A stretch of DNA of 64,000 bases, taken from positions 21,576,001 through 21,640,000 of the forward strand of contig OZ024752.1 of NCBI GenBank assembly GCA_964016885.1. Direction: 5' to 3'. Positions within the stretch are counted from its first letter, which is position 1. The number at the start of each line of letters is the position of its first letter. Origin of the DNA: Eledone cirrhosa. Lineage: Eukaryota. Below, piece by piece: positions 55,772 through 64,000 of the stretch. The notes under the pieces were generated by a model. The model saw only the letters and a program-made list of their open reading frames with translations. It was not told the origin of the DNA and searched no databases. A program made the translations under genes and the position numbers.

Positions 55772-56838
55772 TCTTGGCTGTCTAAGCTTGCCAACTGAAT
55801 TGTTAGCATTGGCTGATATATCAGCAGTGGACAGACAGACAGATAGACAGACAGACCTCTTGGCTGTCTAAGCTTGCCAACAGAATTGTTAGCATTGGCT
55901 GATATATCAGCAGTGGACAGACAGACCTCTTGGCTGTCTAAGCTTGCCAACAGAATTGTCAGCATTGGCTGATATATCAGCAGTGGACAGACAGACCTCT
56001 TGGATGTCTAAGCTTGCCAACAGAATTGTCATCATTGGCTGGTATATCAGCAGTGGACAGACAGACCTCTTGGCTGTCTAAGCTTGCCAACAGAATTGTC
56101 AGCATTGGCTGATATATCAGCAGTGGACAGACAGACCTCTTGGATGTCTAAGCTTGCCAACAGAATTGTTAGCATTGGCTGATATATCAGAAGTGGACAG
56201 ACAGACCTCTTGGCTGTCTAAGCTTGCCAACAGAATTGTTAGCATTGGCTGATATATCAGCAGTGGACAGACAGACCTCTTGGCTGTCTAAGCTTGCCAA
56301 CAGAATTGTTAGCATTGGCTGATATATCAGCAGTGGACAGACAGACCTCTTGGCTGTCTAAGCTTGCCAACAGAATTGTCAGCATTGGCTGATATATCAG
56401 CAGTGGACAGACAGACCTCTTGGATGTCTAAGCTTGCCAACAGAATTGTCATCATTGGCTGGTATATCAGCAGTGGACAGACAGACCTCTTGGCTGTCTA
56501 AGCTTGCCAACAGAATTGTCAGCATTGGCTGATATATCAGCAGTGGACAGACAGACCTCTTGGATGTCTAAGCTTGCCAACAGAATTGTTAGCATTGGCT
56601 GATATATCAGAAGTGGACAGACAGACCTCTTGGCTGTCTAAGCTTGCCAACAGAATTGTTAGCATTGGCTGATATATCAGCAGTGGACAGACAGACCTCT
56701 TGGCTGTCTAAGCTTGCCAACAGAATTGTTAGCATTGGCTGATATATCAGCAGTGGACAGACAGACCTCTTGGCTGTCTAAGCTTGCCAACAGAATTGTC
56801 AGCATTGGCTGATATATCAGCAGTGGACAGACAGACAG
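55772..56838. repeat. 70-bp tandem array (~15 units) with a 420-bp higher-order repeat
   Basis: Unit tggctgtctaagcttgccaacagaattgttagcattggctgatatatcagcagtggacagacagacctct; 55981-56400 is identical to 56401-56820. Confidence 0.97.
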
Positions 56839-57927
56839 CTAGACAACCCCACCTCTATACACAAACACACAGAGATAGATATATAGAACAAAATTAACAT
56901 TGAAACAAATGAAACTAATTTCTGCTGTGCCTTTTTCATTTTACATTTGTGTTCTGTGAATTCTAAATAGAATTTTAGATGGTTTTTGACAGAACATAGT
57001 GTTTGTGTGACAGACGAATAGAAAGCCACACAATTAGTAGAACATAATTGTTTCTACTTTTGGCACAAGGCCAGCAATTATCCCAGTGCATTACAAAGTT
57101 AACCTCAGCAGGATTTGAACTCAGACCGCAAAGGGCCATAACTCTATGCTGCACAGCATAGTGTCTGACACTCTACCGATACAGCCAATATAGATTAACT
57201 TGGAAAGTTGAGCAGTGTTAGAAATGGTAAAGAACCAATCAGGCTAAATACCTTACAGTCTTTGGTTTTATCTCCAAATACTTTCACTTGAAATAAGAAG
57301 CAACTAAAACGTCTGGCACTAGAAAGGGCTGTAAAACATTGTCATCGGAGGAGACCTATGCTGAACATAAAGATTTTCATGTGGCTTGCAAGACTAACCT
57401 CTACTTTAACAGGGGAACATGGCCTTAAAACTCTTGTTGTTACTGCATAGTCTGAGATGTAATCTTACTAAAGTTGATTTTTTTTTTTTTTTTCACTTCT
57501 TTACGGTTGATAAAATAGGCTAGTAATACAATTGTTTCTACTTTAGGGATAAGGCCAGCAATTTGAAGGGAAATTTGATTTAATCGACCCCAGTGCTTAC
57601 TGCTACTTTATTTTATCAAACCTATAAGGATAAAAGGCAAAGCTAACCTCAGCAGGATTTGAACTCGGATCATAAAGGGTCGTACGATCTGAGTTCAAAT
57701 CCTGCTGTGCTAGTAATATAATGAAATATGCACTGGGGTTTTATCTAACCAACTTATATTCCTCCACAGAGAGTTGGTGGCATTGTACCAATGTAAAAAA
57801 ACAATGATAAACAGGAACTGAGTAAATTCTTCCATTGATCTACACTTTTGACGGCAAAAGTGTAGAATGTTTTCTCTTTCTCTTTCTTTTCCCCCCTCTC
57901 CTCTTTCTCATATGTATATATATATAT

Positions 57928-58936
57928 ATCATCATCATCATCATCATCATTTTACGTCTGCTTTTCCCTACTTGTAAGGGTGGGAGGGGTCCTATTCAGC
58001 ACAGCATCTCTCCACTTGTCACAGTCCTTTGTCATCTCCTCCGTGAGCTTCAGCAATCTGAGGTTTGCTTTCACCACCTCTGCCCATGTTTTTCATGGTC
58101 TTCCTCTACTGTATCTTCCTTCTACTGGCATTTCCTGGCACCTCTTTACCCAGCGGTCATCCTCCATGTGCATCACATGTCCATACCATCACAGTCATCT
58201 CTCCCGCACACTTCAACTTATCCCTCTTAAACACAGTTTCTCTCTCAACTCATCCAATGGAGCATGCTTGCTTCATTTCTCTCCAGCCGTCGCATATCCT
58301 CTGCAGTTGTTGCCCATGTCTCACTACCATGCAGCATCGAGTTCCTCACACAGGCATCATATAACCAACCTTTCATACGCAGGGAGAAACTCTTCTTTGT
58401 CAGTAGCTCACTTTCTTCAACCCGTCCTTATTCTAGATTCTATGGCCTCGGACCCCTCCTCCCATGCTAATCTGATCACTTAGGTACTGGAAGCTATCAA
58501 CCACTTCTATTGAACCTACCTGCATTTGAAAAATGTGTCTATCAATGCGACTTCTACTGTCAAATTTCCCTGTACATCTACTGCATACGTATTTTTTTCC
58601 TTACCTGTTAGTTTGCCTGCTATCCCACTACATCTCTTGTGTACCTAAGATCTGCATTGTGTATATTTTATAGAATTTATGCCAGTTCCTTTTCTGCATA
58701 TTGAACATGGCCATTTCCCTGATGGAATCAGAGTTTTGTCCTCTTTTCTACTCATCAACACTTTTGTCTTAGCTAGGTTCACTCTCAGTCCTCTTAATTC
58801 CAACTGCTGTTTCCATAGCCAGAATTTATTCTCTAGCTCCTTTACTGATTCTGCTATAAGAACCAGATCATCAGCCTAAAGAAGTTACCATGGCATCTCA
58901 TCTAGTTTGACCCTTTCTCTCATTAGTTGCGCTAAT
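57928..58936 (-). mobile_element. RTE LINE 3' fragment with internal deletion
   Basis: Homologous to the reverse complement of 17510-18888; (GAT)n tail. Confidence 0.88.
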
Positions 58937-59497
58937 ATTATTTCTGAATATATACATATATATGTATATATATATACAGTATATATGTATATATATATGT
59001 ATATATATATGTATATATATATGTCAAACCTATGCAAGCGTGGAAGATGAACGTTAAACGATGATGATGATGATGATGATGATGATATATATGTGTGTAT
59101 ATATATGTGCATATATATATGTATTTGTGTATCATCATCATCATCATCATCATCATCACTGTTTTACGTCTGTTCTTACATGCTAGCATGGGTTATATGG
59201 GTTGTCCTGTTGTGGGCAGTGTCCGGTTGGCTGACGTTGTCTTGCTCATACTGGAACTGATTCTGGCTTGATTTCTACAGCTGGATGCCCTTCCTAACTC
59301 CAACCTCATTTACAGTGTGGGCTGGGTGCTTTTTTGCCCCGGCACCTCCACGACCACTTTTGTAGTAGGGGGGGGGGGGGGGTAGTGTCTATATGCTTGA
59401 GCTTTGGCTTGTACCCGTGGGAAATCGGGTCTTCTGTATTATTGCGTGACACCAGAGGTCACGGTCCTATGTCAATGCCTTTGAGAGGTGCAATAGG

Positions 59498-59560
<63 letters not shown>

Positions 59561-60323
59561 TAACAGATTAAACTTTAAGCAAAGAATCACTGCTTTTACC
59601 CTTAACGGGATCTTCTGAAACTAAACAAAATCAATCTGTGAACACAGAAGTAAATATTTCGAAAAACGTTGTAGCCGAAGGAAATCAGGAAGACGATACT
59701 TTGGTTCATGAAGACGTTCCCTGGAAATGAACGGAAAAAACGAACATAATACGTCGTTATGTGGAGCGAGAAAACAATTACATGCAAAGACAAAACCATG
59801 TTTAAAAGCACGAGTCATTAGATTAATATTCTATTTAGGAAACTGAATGATTCTCAGCTTCGGAGTTACGAATAATGTAAATAAATTTGTTGAACGAAAA
59901 TGACAGAGGTTATTAAAATCATAAAAGTAATAATATTTAAATATATACATACACACATCTATATATGTACATACACGTGCATACGCGGAAACACACGCAC
60001 ATACACATAATCACGCGTACACGTACGTAAACACGGCGCGACATATATACCCGCACACATACGAACGTATACATCAAATAAACATATATATATGCGCGTG
60101 TGTGTATATACATATAATTATATATACATATACACACATATACGCATATATAACGCACACACACATACCTACACGTAAATGCGCATATGTTCAACAAACG
60201 TACATATACTAAAATCCTATGTACACATATACATAACATACAAAGGTGCAAACACACATACACACTCATACATACCCATATATACACATATACATACATA
60301 TATGTGTATATAAATAAATACAA

Positions 60324-60359
<36 letters not shown>

Positions 60360-60370
<11 letters not shown>

Positions 60371-61130
60371 TAAAGCTAACGGCCGTATGTATGTATGTAA
60401 CAAAGTTTTGGCAAAACGGCTGGACCAAACAGCACCAAATTTGCACCATAGATGTAACTTTTTCCAAGGAAGAAAGTGAGGGTACTTTTGTCTACTAAAT
60501 TTCGTTATTCTTGATTAAAGATATTTTATTGTTTATTTAAAGATTCACTTCTTTAAAATTTTCAAATGTCAACACTTCTGGTTAACGATCGCTTAAATAA
60601 ACATTCATATATTTTGCAGTTTATATATAATATCGCCTTTTTTTAATGTATCATGGATTAAATTTCTGTGTATATTGTCAATATCTATCTATATTAATAA
60701 AGCAGACGGTCGTATGTAAAGTGAGGAGTAAATTACTGGTACTTTATTATATATAATATATATAATACGACATTCCTCTCTCTTTCGTACTCTGTCTATT
60801 TAGATAGATACATAGCTATAACGTCGCACGCTTATAATATCTGTATGTATGTCTGCCAGTCTGCATTGACTTCGCTTCTAACCAACTTTTAATTAATTAT
60901 ATATATATATATAATTATATATTCGTGTAGATATTTTCAACAGTAATACTATACTATATATTTTCAACAGTAATACTGCACTATACTATATATTTTCAAC
61001 AGTAATAATATACTACACAGACGGCTTATCGTCTGTTTATCCAAGCAAGGTTAGGTACGTCAACTATATATATATGGATGCCGTAGAACACGCCAATGGT
61101 AGCCGGGCGCCAGCTGGACGGACCAGCTAG
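60360..61130 (+). mobile_element. Non-autonomous Helitron (family of 13088-14501), with a second 5' end at ~60685
   Basis: 60365-60580 matches the reverse complement of 14300-14495. 3' end gccgggcgccagctggacggaccagCTAG|T. Confidence 0.8.
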
Positions 61131-61417
61131 TACATATATATACATATACACTCACCCGCATATACATACATACATCAACTCATACACATATACAACAAAA
61201 ATCCGAATATATGTACATACACATATATACACACACACACATATATATATATATGGGATAACAAATTATCATTATAGGTAATCCAGTTAGAGGTTTTGAG
61301 TACTCTGTATTGCAGATCCTTTTAACGTACGGCGTTGTTTGACTCAACAAGAGGTTTCCTTAGTTAGGTGGCGAATTCTCGGGAATTCCTATGCAGGTTA
61401 ATCTTGGAGTAATAATA

Positions 61418-61745
61418 GTGAAAGAATGAAGAATAACATGGTCAACAGTACAAAAAGGGTTTTATTTACAGTATTAACAATTGTTTCATTGATTAGGGTG
61501 TCTAAAAATTGCTAATCACTTGAAGTTGTGTCACTCAATTTTAAATACACCGTGTATAAACGCCGTGTATAATTTTAATCAGTTATTCAAACGATTTGAT
61601 TAGGCATGCATGTATTTAAAATTGAGTGACACAACTTCAAGTCATTAGCAATTTTTAAACACCCTAATTAATGAAACAATTGTTAATACTGTAAATAAAA
61701 CCCTTTTTATACTGTTGACCATGTTATTCTTCACTCTTTCACTAT
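61418..61745. repeat. Inverted pLTR pair (~130-bp arms)
   Basis: 61418-61548 is the reverse complement of ~61612-61744; homologous to 8260-8390. Confidence 0.85.
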
Positions 61746-61835
61746 ATATATATATCATCATCATCGTTTAACGTCTATCTTCCACGCTAACATGGGTATA
61801 TCTATATATATATATATATATATATACATATGCAC

Positions 61836-61867
<32 letters not shown>

Positions 61868-62007
61868 GCACATATATATATATACATACATATACATAAA
61901 CACACACATATATATAAGTATCTATATAAATCCACACACAAATAAAAACAATCCATAATACTCATACATACACATACACACATTCCCATACATCCACACA
62001 CGCGCAC

Positions 62008-62112
<105 letters not shown>

Positions 62113-62129
62113 CATATATACATATATAT

Positions 62130-62204
<75 letters not shown>

Positions 62205-62599
62205 AATGGAATAGAATTAAACGAAATTTCATTTCTCACTCTTAGTACGGTAAACTGATACGTGCATATATATATGTGTGCCTGTATGTATATATATACA
62301 TGCTACTGTACGTCTGTATACATATATGTATGTACGTATACATACATATATACACATAAATATACATAAATATATACACACATACACATATACACGTATA
62401 CATACATATATACACGCACAAACACAAAATACATATACACACATACCAGTATATATAATATATACACCTATAAAATATACAAGCATATATACGTCCGAGA
62501 AAGTATACGTACCTCCACAAACATACGGGTAAGGTATACTTACCTATACAAATATGTAATGGTATAAACATAAAATATACTTAGCTACCACATCAAGAC

Positions 62600-63620
62600 G
62601 TAAATTATCCGCGTATTGTTCGTACTATCCATTAGCGTTAGGGTATAATGTGGGGCTGTAATACAGCAAACTTTTATGCAATTTGTGTTTACAAGCCGAA
62701 ATTGCCTCAGATATTTTGATTAAGATGTGACCATTGGCGTAGAGTATTTCCAGGGTTTTAGCGGCGCAAAGATCGCATGGTCTTATGTTTCCATTATACA
62801 ATCTAGCTTTAGCTAAGATCTCCCAGTGTAACCTATATTGGATGTGGTTGTCTTTTAGACACCAGATATAAGCTGAAAGTGACGTCATATTCCTTCTTAA
62901 AGGGTTAAGAAAATAATGGGTGTGCATGTAAAGACGCTGCTTGAATCTATTGGCAATTAACCCTATGTAGGCCCTACTGGAAGTGGGTGTGTCGACCTTA
63001 CATTTGTAGACAATGTTACTGGAGAGGTATTTCCTGGATATAGGGCAGTCTTCCCGATTCCTACAATTACAGTTAATACTAGCTACAGGGTTGGTAGTGT
63101 TACTACGGCTAGGTAATTTGGCTAAATTTTATGCAGTAATGTTATGTGCAAAGTTAGGAGTCGTGGAGTAAGATATTTTAACTATTTCTATTAAAAATTT
63201 TATTATATTTATGTGCTGAGGGGAAATGCTTCTTAATTAGGGAGAGAAACATTTTAGCTAGTGGTGTGGCCACCTCCATATTATATAGTAGGTTATACCA
63301 TATAATGTGTCGGGATCTATTTTTCCTAGGTTTATGCTCATACTTAGTATATGCTACCTTATCGACAAATCTACTCCGATAATATGTGGAATGATCGGTG
63401 AAAATATGCTCGTTTGTAGATAGACGAAAAAGCCTCAATGAAATATTTCTTACCAGGTTCTTGGTTATACTGGGAGGATGGTTAGAATGCTTACTGGTGT
63501 AATTAAGCGTATCATTCGGCTTTCTATATGGGTAGTGCAAGCCATTCGACAAATTGAGGGTAACGTTGAGGTAGTTTACAACAGAAAGGTTCTCATCGCT
63601 CCACATAACGATGTATGATG
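62600..63620 (-). mobile_element. Decayed PLE RT-thumb, linker and GIY-YIG (CxCx5C linker, Hydra-like type)
   Basis: NYLNVTLNL..PYRKPN..SNHPP..IIWYN..HFP..KIFNRN; NCNCRNREDCP..NIVYKC; YIG motif; IW.LKD..CDLC..E. Confidence 0.85.
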
Positions 63621-63907
63621 TTTGCTTTTTTCCATTTGTTGCCAGGGAACGTCTTCACAAACCAAAGTACGTCTACCTGTTTTCCTTCAGTTGCAACGTT
63701 TTTTTAAATATTTATTTCTGCGTTCACAGATTGATTTTTTTTTAGTTTCAGAAAATCCCGTTAAGGCTGAAGCAGCAATTCTTTGCTTAAACTTTAATCT
63801 GTTATTTTAATAAATATTTACTCTATGGTTTTTATATATTTGATATATATTTATCCTTATCGAGCTCTCTTTGGATTTTAGTCTTCACATTTATTATTAT
63901 TATTATT

Positions 63908-64000
63908 TGGATTGGCAGTATCGGTAGAGGGTCGAACGCCATTCTTTGACGCATAGAGTTACGGTCCTTGCCATTCTGAGTTCAAATCCCGTCGAGGTTA
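63908..64000 (+). mobile_element. tRNA-derived SINE head, cut by the window end
   Basis: ggattggcagtatcggtagag..gagttcaaatcccg. Confidence 0.8.

Noticed and set aside
55772-56838. CRISPR-like appearance of the palindromic 70-bp array
   Set aside because: There are no unique spacers, the units are near-identical, no cas genes are present and the context is eukaryotic. No hammerhead core (CUGANGA+GAAA) was found in the unit either.

Overview
Repeat-dominated, AT-rich eukaryotic DNA. The repeat set (RTE LINEs with (GAT)n tails, tRNA-derived SINEs, abundant (TA)n) suggests a cephalopod, probably an octopod; this is inference. Only one convincing host coding exon was found: 50611-51006 (+), the first coding exon of a small two-TM membrane protein. 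The rest is nested mobile DNA. It includes one intact RTE LINE ORF (APE-RT with an internal PHD-type finger), several decayed RTEs, and two copies of a bipartite non-autonomous RTE. There are also CRE-type, Dong/R4-type and CR1 fragments, a decayed Gypsy with nested insertions, three Helitrons with recognisable termini, and many Penelope-like element (PLE) remnants. The PLE remnants form inverted pseudo-LTR hairpins in (TA)n and carry hammerhead ribozyme motifs, one nearly intact with stem-I covariation between copies. Two unusual tandem arrays are present: a ~2.2 kb array of variant 8-mers and a 70-bp palindrome-rich array with a 420-bp higher-order repeat. Most short ORFs in the supplied track are microsatellite or antisense artefacts. 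All calls are by eye; no searches were run.
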